Source: Bacteroidia bacterium (GTDB taxonomy: Bacteria; Bacteroidota; Bacteroidia; 2-12-FULL-35-15). Taken from it: a stretch of DNA of 64,000 bases. Made by a program: the position numbers and the translations under genes. The DNA lies in contig JBKJQG010000357.1 in assembly GCA_046594925.1 (NCBI GenBank), positions 3,475 through 67,474 of the forward strand, written 5' to 3'. The notes beneath the pieces were generated by a model. That model worked only from the letters and a program-made list of their open reading frames with translations, was not told the DNA's origin and did no database searches. Shown here in pieces: positions 9,880 through 19,872 of this stretch (positions are counted from its first letter, which is position 1; every line of letters starts with the position of its first letter).

Positions 9880-11152
9880 AGATGATCATTCCGGCGCCAA
9901 CCGTGACATTGGTGGCTTCGTCCACTAGGATAATGCTTCCCGTATTCCGGTTCCTGCTGTATTTATCAACGGCAATCGGCGCAGTGGTTTTTAGCGTGAT
10001 GCGGGCGATGTCGTTAAGAGCAATGTTTTTGTCGTCTTCAATTTTCTCCAAGGTGTTGATGTTCACTTTGTATTGAATGTCTTTTACCACACAGCGAACG
10101 TCTTTGGAAGAATGTTTCAACGCATATTTTCCGTTTGCTTGTAATTGTTTTTCTGCCAGCCAGCAGATCATCACCTCAATATCCTGCGTCACCTCCGGTT
10201 GGTTGTCGGTTTTAACAATCATGTCGCCGCGCGAAATATCGATTTCGTTTTCAAGAGTAAGTGTTACACTCATCGGAGCAAATGCTTCTTCCAGAGATTC
10301 ATCCAACAAGTCGATTGATTTTATTTTGGATGTATGTCCGCTTGGCAAAACGGTAACGGCATCTCCCTTTTTGAAAACGCCTCCAGCAATTCTTCCGGCA
10401 TAACCTCTGTAGTCGTGATGTTCAGTGCTCATCGGCCGGATGACATACTGAACCGGAAAACGGGCATCACTGTGATTGATGTCGTTGCTGATCTGAATGT
10501 TTTCCAGCAGATACATTAGCGTATTTCCCTTGTACCAATCCATGTTCTTGGATGCGTCTACTACATTATCCCCTTTTAGCGCACTGATCGGTAAAAAGTG
10601 AACATCATTGATCTCTAATTTTGTTGCGAATGCCGTATACTCTTTTTTAATGGTTTCAAAAACAGCTTCATTAAAATCGACAAGGTCCATTTTGTTTACG
10701 CAGACGATCACATGAGGAATTCTCAATAAAGACGCAATGTATGTATGGCGCATGGTTTGCTCGATCACGCCTTTGCGTGCATCTATCAGAATGATGGCTG
10801 CGTTTGCCGTGGAAGCTCCGGTTACCATGTTGCGGGTGTACTGAATGTGCCCTGGAGTATCTGCTATGATGAATTTTCTTTTCGGGGTCGCGAAGTAACG
10901 GTAGGCCACGTCAATGGTAATTCCTTGTTCACGCTCTGCTCTTAGTCCGTCAGTTAGCAATGCAAGGTTTACATATTCTTCCCCGCGTTTTTCGCTGGTT
11001 GCCTTAATTGCTTCGTATTGATCTTCAAAAATAGATTTTGAATCGTAAAGCAATCTTCCGATGAGTGTGCTCTTTCCGTCATCCACACTTCCTGCTGTCG
11101 TGAAACGTAAAAGATCCATTGTTAAATATCCTGCTGTCGTAAAGTCTGTCAT
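9878..11152 (-). CDS. cysN: sulfate adenylyltransferase subunit 1 (GTPase)
   Basis: LLRFTTAGSVDDGKSTLIGRLL, DTPGH and NKMDL GTPase motifs, with strong similarity to E. coli CysN. Start chosen at MTDFTT..., 13 nt downstream of the cysD stop; the track ORF extends further 5'. Confidence 0.9.
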   Translation of the reverse strand: MTDFTTAGYLTMDLLRFTTAGSVDDGKSTLIGRLLYDSKSIFEDQYEAIKATSEKRGEEYVNLALLTDGLRAEREQGITIDVAYRYFATPKRKFIIADTPGHIQYTRNMVTGASTANAAIILIDARKGVIEQTMRHTYIASLLRIPHVIVCVNKMDLVDFNEAVFETIKKEYTAFATKLEINDVHFLPISALKGDNVVDASKNMDWYKGNTLMYLLENIQISNDINHSDARFPVQYVIRPMSTEHHDYRGYAGRIAGGVFKKGDAVTVLPSGHTSKIKSIDLLDESLEEAFAPMSVTLTLENEIDISRGDMIVKTDNQPEVTQDIEVMICWLAEKQLQANGKYALKHSSKDVRCVVKDIQYKVNINTLEKIEDDKNIALNDIARITLKTTAPIAVDKYSRNRNTGSIILVDEATNVTVGAGMII

Positions 11153-11165
11153 AATAAAGTTGTTT

Positions 11166-12071
11166 CTAAAAATAGCCTGCTTTTTTTCTGTCTTCCATCG
11201 CTGCTTCGGAGCGTTTGTCATCAATCCGGCTTCCTCGTTCTGTAACTCTTGTTGCCGCGACTTCTTCCACAATTTCTTCCAATGAATTTGCTTTTGAAAG
11301 TACGGCTCCGGTACAGCTGATGTCACCGATCGTTCTGAAACGCACCTGCATTTTCTCAACTTTCTCTGTCGGTTTTAGCGGGATGACATTAGAGTGCGCA
11401 TAGATCACACCGTCACGCATGAAACATTCTCGCTCGTGCGTAAAATAGATGCTGGGAATTTCGATGTTCTCTTGTAAGATGTATTGCCAAACGTCCATTT
11501 CCGTCCAGTTGCTGATTGGAAACACTCTGAAGTGCTCTCCCACGGCCTTTTTTCCATTGAACAGATTCCAGAGTTCCGGTCTTTGGTTTTTGGGATCCCA
11601 TTGTCCGAATTCATCCCGGTGCGAAAAGAAGCGTTCTTTCGCTCTTGCTTTTTCCTCGTCTCTTCTCGCTCCTCCAACCAAAGCGTCGAATTTATATTTT
11701 TCAATCGTTTCCAAAAGGGTAACCGTCTGTAAAACATTTCTGCTCGCACTGAATCCTTTTTCTTCCACGGCCCTTCCTTCATCGATGCTTTGTTGAACGG
11801 AACCAACAATGAGCTGAGCATTGTATTTTTTTGCGAGGTCGTCACGGAACGTGATCGTCTCTTGGAAATTATGTCCGGTATCCACATGCACCAAAGGGAA
11901 AGGGATCTTAGCCGGAGCAAAAGCTTTGCGAGCCAAGTGAAAACAAACGATGGAATCTTTTCCTCCTGAAAAAAGCAAGGCAGGCTTTTCAAATTGTGCC
12001 GCCAATTCACGCAGCACGTAGATGCTCTCGCTTTCCAATTCTTTTAAATGGGTTAGGTTGTAGTTTTTCAT
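11166..12071 (-). CDS. cysD: sulfate adenylyltransferase subunit 2
   Basis: PAPS-reductase-like fold motifs (LFSGGKDS, HVDTGHNF..., full-length CysD-like). Overlaps cysC by 4 nt. Confidence 0.9.
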   Translation of the reverse strand: MKNYNLTHLKELESESIYVLRELAAQFEKPALLFSGGKDSIVCFHLARKAFAPAKIPFPLVHVDTGHNFQETITFRDDLAKKYNAQLIVGSVQQSIDEGRAVEEKGFSASRNVLQTVTLLETIEKYKFDALVGGARRDEEKARAKERFFSHRDEFGQWDPKNQRPELWNLFNGKKAVGEHFRVFPISNWTEMDVWQYILQENIEIPSIYFTHERECFMRDGVIYAHSNVIPLKPTEKVEKMQVRFRTIGDISCTGAVLSKANSLEEIVEEVAATRVTERGSRIDDKRSEAAMEDRKKAGYF

Positions 12072-12643
12072 GCTTTAAGTTTATCCAATATCTTTTTTAC
12101 ACTTTCTTCAATACTAATGGAATCCGTCAGAATAATTTCTGGAGCTGTCGGCGCCTCGAACGGAGCTGTTATTCCTGTAAAATCCTTGATCTCTCCTTTT
12201 CTTGCTTTCGCGTACAAGCCTTTTACATCCCGTTTTTCACATACTTCCAGGGGAGTGTTCACAAAGACTTCAATGAAATCCGCGTCGCCGATAATTGTTC
12301 TGGCCTTGTTCCGAATCTCTTCGGTGGGACTTACAAAACAACAGATGGTGATGATTCCGGAGTTTACAAAAAGTTTCGTTACTTCTGCTATCCTGCGGAT
12401 GTTCTCGGTTCTGTCCTCTTCGCTGAATCCAAGGTTATTGTTGATTCCTGTCCGGATGTTATCGCCGTCCAGGATCTGGGTCAGCAAGCCCTTTGCGTGC
12501 AACTCTTTTTCCAGCGCAATGGCAATGGTGGTTTTTCCCGAACCACTTAAGCCGGTGAACCAGACCGCAATGCCTTTTTGCTTCAAGAGCTGTTCTTTCT
12601 CAGCCCTTTGCAAGATTTTATCTGTTGGGAAAATGTTGTTCAT
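12068..12643 (-). CDS. cysC: adenylyl-sulfate (APS) kinase
   Basis: P-loop GLSGSGKTT, characteristic APS kinase motifs DGDNIR...LGFS..DR.ENIRR, about 190 aa. Confidence 0.9.
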   Translation of the reverse strand: MNNIFPTDKILQRAEKEQLLKQKGIAVWFTGLSGSGKTTIAIALEKELHAKGLLTQILDGDNIRTGINNNLGFSEEDRTENIRRIAEVTKLFVNSGIITICCFVSPTEEIRNKARTIIGDADFIEVFVNTPLEVCEKRDVKGLYAKARKGEIKDFTGITAPFEAPTAPEIILTDSISIEESVKKILDKLKA

Positions 12644-12683
12644 TAAATGCCGGTTTTAGGCTGTGATTCAATTCAAATATACG

Positions 12684-12719
12684 ATAAAAAAAGGTCTCTC
12701 CTGTGGGGAAAGACCTTTG
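12684..12719 (-). terminator. terminator-like hairpin plus U7 in the 5' leader of cysC-cysD-cysN (possible attenuator)
   Basis: Minus-strand sequence aaaggtctttcccc-acag-gagagacctttttttat. There is no upstream minus-strand gene to terminate, so it lies in a 270-nt leader. Confidence 0.4.
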
Positions 12720-12915
12720 AAATTTGTTCAAAATAAGTATCAGAGTCTTCCCGTAAAACTAAATGCAGCAAAGCATACAGCACATTATGGCACCGATGCA
12801 GCTCACTGTTTTATGGAAAGGGTTTGTTTTCATTTTAGAATGCAAATGTAGCCCCTTTTTTTAAATCACAAAGGATTTTTTTGAATACCTTTGCCAGACG
12901 CTTAAAAAAGAAGGA

Positions 12916-13827
12916 ATGAGTATAAAAATCAGTTTGCCAGACTTCAGAAATACCCCGGTTGTAGATCAAGTGGGCATCGAAGAGCGCGTGGCGAGATTCA
13001 CCACCAGAAGCATTAAGAAAGAATCCAAGATGGAGGGCATGAAGATGGTTCTGAGCATGATCGATCTTACGACGTTGGAAGGGAAGGATACAGAAGGGAA
13101 AGTAAAACAGATGTGCTACAAAGCGGCCCATCCCCACGACTTAATCCCCGGCCTTCCCACAGTGGCTGCGGTTTGTGTGTATCCCTCCATGGTCAGCACT
13201 GCAAAAACAGCTTTGCTTGGGACCGGCGTGAAGGTTGGTTCCGTGTCCACCGCTTTCCCGAGTGGACAATCCACCCGCGAGATCAAGATCTCCGATACAA
13301 AGTTTGCTGTTGACAATGGTGCTGATGAGATTGATATGGTTATTTCCCGAGGAGAGTTCCTGAAAGGAAATTACAATTTTGTGTTCGACGAGATAGCCGC
13401 CATAAAAGAAGCTTGTGGAAAAGCAAGGTTAAAAGTAATCTTTGAAACGGGAGAGCTTTCCACCTTGGACAATGTGAGAAAAGTCAGTGGAATAGCCATG
13501 TATGCAGGTGCCGATTTCATAAAGACATCTACCGGGAAAATTTCCCCGGCTGCTACCATGCCGGTGACGCTGGTGATGCTGGAAGCGATCCGAGATTATT
13601 ATTACGCGACAGGTCGAATGGTGGGAATGAAACCCGCTGGAGGAATTTCAACGTCTAAACTGGCTCTTCAGTATTTAATAATGGTGAATGAAACACTGGG
13701 CGCCGATTGGTTGAGCAACGAATGGTTCCGGTTCGGAGCGAGCAGTCTGGCTAATGATGTTCTTATGCAGATCGCAAAACATACTACCGGAGTTTATCAA
13801 AGTTCGGATTACTTTTCAAAGGATTAG
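12916..13827 (+). CDS. deoC: deoxyribose-phosphate aldolase (long, DERA-like form)
   Basis: MIDLTTLEG...CYKAAHP...AAVCVYP...K(T)STGK closely matches eukaryote-type DERA/DeoC. Confidence 0.88.
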   Translation: MSIKISLPDFRNTPVVDQVGIEERVARFTTRSIKKESKMEGMKMVLSMIDLTTLEGKDTEGKVKQMCYKAAHPHDLIPGLPTVAAVCVYPSMVSTAKTALLGTGVKVGSVSTAFPSGQSTREIKISDTKFAVDNGADEIDMVISRGEFLKGNYNFVFDEIAAIKEACGKARLKVIFETGELSTLDNVRKVSGIAMYAGADFIKTSTGKISPAATMPVTLVMLEAIRDYYYATGRMVGMKPAGGISTSKLALQYLIMVNETLGADWLSNEWFRFGASSLANDVLMQIAKHTTGVYQSSDYFSKD

Positions 13828-13859
13828 CGGCTGAAATTGTTAAGGATAATACAACTAAC

Positions 13860-15326
13860 ATGAGCATAAAAAAAGAAATCAAATTAAAGTTCAATGCGGC
13901 CTGGGATTTAGCCCCCGCTCCGGAGGACAGTAAACATGTTTCCATCAAGAAGCAGTACGACTTGTTCATAAATGGAGAGTTTGTAAAGCCCAACAGCAAA
14001 AAATATTTTGCAACTTATAATCCGGCAACAGAAGAGAAGATAGCGGAGGTGGCCGATGCAGATGAAAAGGATGTGGACAAAGCAGTAAAGGCAGCCCGTG
14101 CCGCTTTTGGAAAATGGAGCAAGCTGTCGGGCAAAGAAAGAGGGAAATACATTTACCGTATTGCCAGGTTGATGCAGGAACGAGCACGAGAGTTTGCTGT
14201 TATTGAAACTATGGACGGAGGAAAGCCTATCCGTGAAAGCCGCGACATTGATGTGCCTTTGGCGGCGAATCACTTTTTTTATTATGCCGGCTGGGCCGAC
14301 AAATTAGAATATGCTTTTCCGAATAAGAACCCTAAGCCGCTGGGTGTTGCCGGACAAATCATTCCCTGGAATTTTCCTTTGTTAATGGCCGCCTGGAAAA
14401 TAGCACCCGCTTTAGCAGCCGGAAATACGGTGGTGTTAAAACCAGCTGAAACTACTCCTTTGACAGCACTGAAACTGGCTGAGCTCATTCGCGACAGTGG
14501 GCTACCCAAAGGTGTGGTGAACATCATTACCGGTGCGGGAAAAACCGGCGCCGCGATTGTGAATCATCCGGACATCAATAAAATTGCTTTCACCGGTTCA
14601 ACCAATGTCGGAAAATGGATCCAGAAATCGATTGCAGGCACCGATAAAAAGTGCACTTTGGAATTGGGTGGGAAAGCAGCAAATATTATTTTCGAAGATG
14701 CGCCGTTGGATCAGGCTGTAGAAGGGATTATCAACGGAATTTTCTTTAATCAGGGGCATGTGTGCTGTGCAGGATCGCGTTTGTTTATTCAGGAAAGTGT
14801 TGCCGATACCGTGATCCGTAAACTGAAAGACAGGATGGAAACTTTGCGCGTGGGTGATCCAATGGATAAAAATACAGATGTCGGAGCGATCAATTCGAAG
14901 CAGCAACTTTTGAAAATTCAGGATTATATTACAATAGGAAAAAATGAGGGAGGCGAAATTCACCAGTCCTCCTGCAAAATTCCTACGAAAGGCTATTTCT
15001 GCAAACCGACCATTTTTTTAAATGTTTCTCAATCGCATAGAATTGTTCAGGAAGAGATCTTCGGGCCGGTTCTGGCTATTCAGACGTTCAGGACTATAGA
15101 GGAGGTGATCGAGAAAGCGAATAACATTCCTTATGGTTTGTCGGCCGGTGTGTGGACCGACAAAGGGTCAAAGATCTTCAACCTTACTTCCAAATTGAAA
15201 GCGGGAGTAATCTGGGCGAATACTTATAACAAGTTCGATCCTACTTCGCCCTTTGGCGGATACAAGGAAAGTGGATTCGGAAGAGAAGGCGGACTGCATG
15301 GGTTGTCGGCATACCTACAATTTTAA
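13860..15326 (+). CDS. NAD(P)+-dependent aldehyde dehydrogenase
   Basis: Full ALDH signature: PWNFP, VLKPAE, ELGGK and catalytic FNQGHVCCAGSR; 488 aa. Confidence 0.9.
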   Translation: MSIKKEIKLKFNAAWDLAPAPEDSKHVSIKKQYDLFINGEFVKPNSKKYFATYNPATEEKIAEVADADEKDVDKAVKAARAAFGKWSKLSGKERGKYIYRIARLMQERAREFAVIETMDGGKPIRESRDIDVPLAANHFFYYAGWADKLEYAFPNKNPKPLGVAGQIIPWNFPLLMAAWKIAPALAAGNTVVLKPAETTPLTALKLAELIRDSGLPKGVVNIITGAGKTGAAIVNHPDINKIAFTGSTNVGKWIQKSIAGTDKKCTLELGGKAANIIFEDAPLDQAVEGIINGIFFNQGHVCCAGSRLFIQESVADTVIRKLKDRMETLRVGDPMDKNTDVGAINSKQQLLKIQDYITIGKNEGGEIHQSSCKIPTKGYFCKPTIFLNVSQSHRIVQEEIFGPVLAIQTFRTIEEVIEKANNIPYGLSAGVWTDKGSKIFNLTSKLKAGVIWANTYNKFDPTSPFGGYKESGFGREGGLHGLSAYLQF

Positions 15327-15336
15327 TTTTTGAGAC

Positions 15337-16221
15337 ATGGCAAGAATCGAAATACAAAAGACTTACAAGATTTACATCGGCGGGCAATTCCCGAGAACGG
15401 AATCAGGAAGGTATTATCCTTTGAAAAATAAAAAAGGCGAAGTGCTTGCAAACATTTGTTTGTCTTCCCGCAAAGATTTCAGGAACGCAGAAGTCGCGGC
15501 CCGTGGAGCACAATCAGGTTGGGGTTCAAGAGCAGCATTTAACCGCGCTCAGATCTTATACCGGATTGCGGAAATGCTGGAAGGAAGAAAAGAGCAATTC
15601 ATTTCCGAATTGGTTTTGCAAGGTTCTTCTTCGGCAGCAGCAAAACAGGAAGTTGAACTATCGATAGACCGTATGGTATATTATTCCGGATGGTGTGATA
15701 AATTTCAACAGATCTTCAGTTCTGTAAATCCAGTTGCTTCTTCGCATTTTAATTTTTCGGTTCCCGAGCCGACGGGAGTAGTAGCAATAATAGCCGATGA
15801 AAACACTTCTTTGCTGGGCTTAGTCACGGCCATTGCACCGGTGATTGCCGGAGGAAACGCTTGCATAGTTTTGGCATCCGAAAGCAAACCTTTGTGCGCC
15901 GTTACATTTGCAGAAGTGTTGAATTCATCTGATCTTCCCGGTGGCGTTGTAAATATTCTTACTGGAACTTCAGCCGAATTGCACGAGCATTTCTCCAGTC
16001 ACATGGATGTGAATGCTGTGATCTATTGCAGAAGCAACAAAACAGAAATAAAAGCAATAAAAGAAAATGCTTCTTTAAATGTAAAACGGGTTTTTGTTTA
16101 CAATAAAATAAATATCGCTTCTGATAGAGCGCAAAGTCCGTACTTCATTTTTGACACACAAGAAATAAAGACAACCTGGCATCCGATCGAAAACATTGGG
16201 ACTTCAAAGGCAGGATACTAG
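15337..16221 (+). CDS. truncated ALDH-family paralog (N-terminal/NAD-binding-like region only, catalytic domain absent)
   Basis: Aligns to the first ~300 residues of the upstream ALDH (IYIGGQF..., ...GGNACIVLASE..., LPGGVVNILTG...). It lacks PWNFP, the ELGG motif and the catalytic Cys region. The ORF is intact and starts 10 nt after the ALDH stop. Confidence 0.65.
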   Translation: MARIEIQKTYKIYIGGQFPRTESGRYYPLKNKKGEVLANICLSSRKDFRNAEVAARGAQSGWGSRAAFNRAQILYRIAEMLEGRKEQFISELVLQGSSSAAAKQEVELSIDRMVYYSGWCDKFQQIFSSVNPVASSHFNFSVPEPTGVVAIIADENTSLLGLVTAIAPVIAGGNACIVLASESKPLCAVTFAEVLNSSDLPGGVVNILTGTSAELHEHFSSHMDVNAVIYCRSNKTEIKAIKENASLNVKRVFVYNKINIASDRAQSPYFIFDTQEIKTTWHPIENIGTSKAGY

Positions 16222-16225
16222 AAAA

Positions 16226-17035
16226 ATGGAAAATGGAAAATGGGAAATGGAGGAATTGCTGTTCGAAGCGATTCGAGCGTCTTTAAAAGCAGGAGATGAA
16301 ATCTTAAAAGTGTACGAATCTGATTTTGCAGTGGAGCATAAGGAGGACCGTTCACCTTTGACACTGGCCGACAAAAATGCGCACGCCGTCATTTGCGAAA
16401 CACTAAAAGGCAAGGACATTCCTGTTTTGAGTGAAGAAGGAAGATCAACGGACTATTCAGAAAGAAGTAGATGGGATTATTTTTGGATGGTTGATCCATT
16501 GGATGGAACCAAAGAATTCATAAAGCGCAACGGTGAGTTTACGGTGAACATTGCACTCATTCACAAACAACGGTCCATCCTTGGGGTGATATATGTTCCT
16601 GTTACGAAGATGCTTTATTTTGCTGCAGAAGGAGTCGGCAGCTTCCGGTTTGAGATTACGGACATGATTGCTGATAACATGCATGGAATCCTTTTGCAAT
16701 CAACAAGACTGCCACTTCCGGCCGTAACTAAAAATTTCAGAGTGGTCGCCAGCCGTTCTCACTTGTCGGAAGAAACCCAAATGTTCATAGATGGTTTAAA
16801 GACGGTTCACAAAGAGGTCGAATTCATCTCCTCCGGCAGTTCCATCAAGCTGTGCCTGGTTGCTGAAGGCAGCGCCAATGTTTATCCTCGGTTTGCTCCG
16901 ACGATGGAGTGGGACACTGCTGCAGGGCAGGCAATATGCGAGATTGCTGGAAAAAAGGTAATAGATTATACCACCAATCAAACACTTCTCTACAACAAGG
17001 AAAGCCTCCTGAACAATTGGTTCATTGTTCAATAA
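16226..17035 (+). CDS. cysQ: 3'(2'),5'-bisphosphate nucleotidase (inositol monophosphatase family)
   Basis: IMPase motifs EEG, WMVDPLDGTKEF and the ...DT... region, CysQ-like, about 265 aa. Start chosen at MENGKW. Confidence 0.8.
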   Translation: MENGKWEMEELLFEAIRASLKAGDEILKVYESDFAVEHKEDRSPLTLADKNAHAVICETLKGKDIPVLSEEGRSTDYSERSRWDYFWMVDPLDGTKEFIKRNGEFTVNIALIHKQRSILGVIYVPVTKMLYFAAEGVGSFRFEITDMIADNMHGILLQSTRLPLPAVTKNFRVVASRSHLSEETQMFIDGLKTVHKEVEFISSGSSIKLCLVAEGSANVYPRFAPTMEWDTAAGQAICEIAGKKVIDYTTNQTLLYNKESLLNNWFIVQ

Positions 17036-17135
17036 TTGTTCAATTTTTAATAAATTAGATATCCAAAAGATGTCTTTTTTTAGTATTTTTGATTTCCTTA
17101 TTTATTAAACTATAACTTAAAATCCATACACCTAC

Positions 17136-18617
17136 ATGAAAAAACATTTACTACTTGCATCTATGCTTTTGGTTGGATCAGCGTCCATGGCACAAAGCTC
17201 ATTGAATTTGGGCAATCGTAAGCCTGTCCCTGCTGTTGAAACCTCTTTTGCTAAAAAGGCGGAAGGAGCATTAAAGTCAACAACAACCTGTGCAAACGAC
17301 ACCGCTTTCTATACCTATCTGAAAGAAACAACAGAAGGAACAAACCAATTTTGGGGGTATACAGCCGATGCTGTTATCACCGAGTGGGCTCAGACATTTT
17401 TAAACACCGGATCACTTACCGTAAAAGGAATTTCTTTCTGGGGTGGTGTTCAAGACGCCGTAAACCTTGCTCAAACCTTAACAGCGACCGTTGTTTTGTA
17501 TAACGTTGATGGAACAAATACTCCGACAACTCAAATTGCTAGTCAGACTATTTTGCTGACCACTGCTGTTGGCTTTAAAAACGTAATGTTTGCAACTCCT
17601 CAAACAGTTACAGGAAATTATGCTGTAGCGATCAAAAACACAAGTACTACTGATACAATTTCGATCGTCACGAACAACGCAACGACTACTACTTACTCGG
17701 AAGGGTTGTCTCACATCAATGCTCCAGGATTTGGGGGTTGGTATTTAGTATCTGCGGTGGCCACTCCACCGGATGCGCCTGAAGCCATCATTGCTCCGAT
17801 TGTGAGTTATACGGTAACAACAAATTATACCATGAGCCCTACTGCTACAACAATGTGTCTGGGAACTGCTTTGACGTTTACAAATACAACTACGCCAACC
17901 GCTATCTTGAACAACAGAATGTATTGCTATGGTGCTTACAATGCATATTGGAATTCGGTTCCGGATTCTATCTATGCTTGGGATATGGGCAATGGGTCTC
18001 CTCTTCAGTGGAGCACAAATGCTGCATACACTTATCCTGCGGCCGGCCTCGATACCGTTACTTTGTATACATTAAGTGGCTTGTTCAATACATGTATTGA
18101 CACAAAAGAAACATACCTGAACATTACTCCGAATGCCGCAGCATCTTATACTCAGAATGCCACAGCTTCTCCGTTGATCGCATTCACGAGCACCTCTACC
18201 GGGGCAGTGACTTATTCATGGGATTTCGGTGATGGATCACCGTTGGACAATACAGCGAATCCATCTCATACTTTCGCGGTAGGGACTTGGAATGTTACGT
18301 TGACAGTGACTTCTGCAGGTGGCTGCAACACGAACTCGACTACTCAGGTGGTGACCATCTTGCCAACCGGAATTGCTTCCAGTACACAGAACGGATTCAA
18401 TATTTATCCAAACCCGTCTTCTACTGGGGTTTTCAATGTGGAAATGACCGGAACAGACATGACCATCGAAGTGTATAACACACTTGGTGAAATGGTTCAT
18501 ACTTCCGTAATCACTTCTACTTCGCTTGACTTGTCAGGCCTTGGAGCCGGTATTTATTCGATGAAAGTAGTTTCAGAAGGTAAAAATTCAATGAAACAAA
18601 TTGTGATCACAAAATAA
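17136..18617 (+). CDS. secreted PKD-domain protein with T9SS C-terminal sorting domain
   Basis: Signal peptide MKKHLLLASMLLVGSASMAQ. PKD domain (WDFGDGSP...NPSHTF...G.W.VTLTVT). C-terminal YPNPS..GVFNVE...GIYSMKV matches the type-A T9SS sorting domain. Confidence 0.8.
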   Translation: MKKHLLLASMLLVGSASMAQSSLNLGNRKPVPAVETSFAKKAEGALKSTTTCANDTAFYTYLKETTEGTNQFWGYTADAVITEWAQTFLNTGSLTVKGISFWGGVQDAVNLAQTLTATVVLYNVDGTNTPTTQIASQTILLTTAVGFKNVMFATPQTVTGNYAVAIKNTSTTDTISIVTNNATTTTYSEGLSHINAPGFGGWYLVSAVATPPDAPEAIIAPIVSYTVTTNYTMSPTATTMCLGTALTFTNTTTPTAILNNRMYCYGAYNAYWNSVPDSIYAWDMGNGSPLQWSTNAAYTYPAAGLDTVTLYTLSGLFNTCIDTKETYLNITPNAAASYTQNATASPLIAFTSTSTGAVTYSWDFGDGSPLDNTANPSHTFAVGTWNVTLTVTSAGGCNTNSTTQVVTILPTGIASSTQNGFNIYPNPSSTGVFNVEMTGTDMTIEVYNTLGEMVHTSVITSTSLDLSGLGAGIYSMKVVSEGKNSMKQIVITK

Positions 18618-18639
18618 GCATTTGCTCAATTTGAGATGA

Positions 18640-18672
18640 GAAAGCCCTTCCTTAAACGGAGGGGCTTTTTTG
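18640..18672 (+). terminator. rho-independent terminator
   Basis: gaaagcccttcc-ttaaac-ggaggggcttttttg, immediately after the stop codon. Confidence 0.7.
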
Positions 18673-18725
18673 CTTAGTTGACGCAATTATTTCGTAATAT
18701 TGCATATAATTTTAACAGTATTAAA

Positions 18726-19814
18726 ATGGGTAAAGTTGCATTAATAACAGGAGTTACAGGACAAGACGGTGCTTATTTGGCTGAATTGCTGCTGAGTAAA
18801 GGCTACACGGTCCACGGGATCAAGCGCAGAAGTTCAATGTTCAATACAGGGCGTATCGACCATCTTTATAAGGATCAGCATGAGAAGAAAGTGAATTTCT
18901 TTCTGCACTATGGTGATCTGACGGATTCTACGAACCTGATCCGCATCATCCAGGAAACACAGCCGGATGAGATCTACAACCTGGCAGCCCAATCCCATGT
19001 AAAAGTATCCTTTGATTCCCCTGAATATACGGCCAATGCAGATGCGATAGGAACACTCCGCATCCTGGAGGCCATCCGCATCCTGAAACTGGAGAAGAAG
19101 ACCCGTTTTTATCAGGCTTCTACTTCCGAGATGTACGGTTATGTGCAAGAGATCCCTCAGAAAGAAACAACTCCGTTCTATCCCCGCTCTCCTTATGGCG
19201 TTGCAAAAGTATACGGGTTCTGGATCACCAAGAATTACCGCGAAGCTTATGGCATGTATACTTGTAACGGGATCCTCTTTAATCATGAAAGTCCTTTGCG
19301 CGGTGAAACATTCGTAACCCGTAAGATCACCCGTGCTGTTGCTAAAATTCATTTGAAGATGCAGGATAAATTGTATCTAGGAAATCTGGATGCAGAGCGC
19401 GATTGGGGACATGCAAAAGATTACGTGGAAGGCATGTGGATGATGATGCAGCAAAAAGAAGGTGATGATTTTGTCTTGGCAACAGGAGTGAAGATCACTG
19501 TTCGTAAATTTGTGGACCTGGCTTTTGCAGAAGTGGGTGTAAAGATCAGATGGGAAGGCAAAGGCGTAGAAGAAAAAGGATTCAACTCAGAGACCGGAGC
19601 ATTGGTGGTAGAAGTAGATCCTAAATATTTCAGACCGACGGAAGTGGAATTGTTGATAGGTGATGCTTCCAAAGCAAAAAAAGTATTGGGCTGGGAACCG
19701 AAACATACCCTGCAACAATTGGTAAGTGAGATGGTGGCTTGCGATGTGAAGTTATTTGAGAGAGACCGCTATTTGTTGGATGGTGGACATGATGTAATGA
19801 ATTTCCACGAGTAG
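18726..19814 (+). CDS. gmd: GDP-mannose 4,6-dehydratase
   Basis: [35 protein letters not shown]...YGDLTD......YNLAAQSHV is canonical Gmd. Confidence 0.92.
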   Translation: MGKVALITGVTGQDGAYLAELLLSKGYTVHGIKRRSSMFNTGRIDHLYKDQHEKKVNFFLHYGDLTDSTNLIRIIQETQPDEIYNLAAQSHVKVSFDSPEYTANADAIGTLRILEAIRILKLEKKTRFYQASTSEMYGYVQEIPQKETTPFYPRSPYGVAKVYGFWITKNYREAYGMYTCNGILFNHESPLRGETFVTRKITRAVAKIHLKMQDKLYLGNLDAERDWGHAKDYVEGMWMMMQQKEGDDFVLATGVKITVRKFVDLAFAEVGVKIRWEGKGVEEKGFNSETGALVVEVDPKYFRPTEVELLIGDASKAKKVLGWEPKHTLQQLVSEMVACDVKLFERDRYLLDGGHDVMNFHE

Positions 19815-19817
19815 AAC

Positions 19818-19855
19818 ACCTCCCCTTTATGCCCTCCCCAAATGGAGAGGAGCGG
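19818..19855. repeat. GC-rich REP-like palindromic element (intergenic copy)
   Basis: cacctcccctttatgccctccccaaatggagaggagcgg. Same CCCCTC(T/C)CC...GGAG(A/C)GGGG family as the elements at 42907, 43301 and 49657. Confidence 0.5.
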
Positions 19856-19872
19856 AATATTTTTTAAATGAA

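Noticed and set aside
12835-13137. 100-aa minus-strand ORF overlapping the deoC start region
   Set aside because: Antisense to a strongly supported deoC with no recognisable features. Likely spurious.
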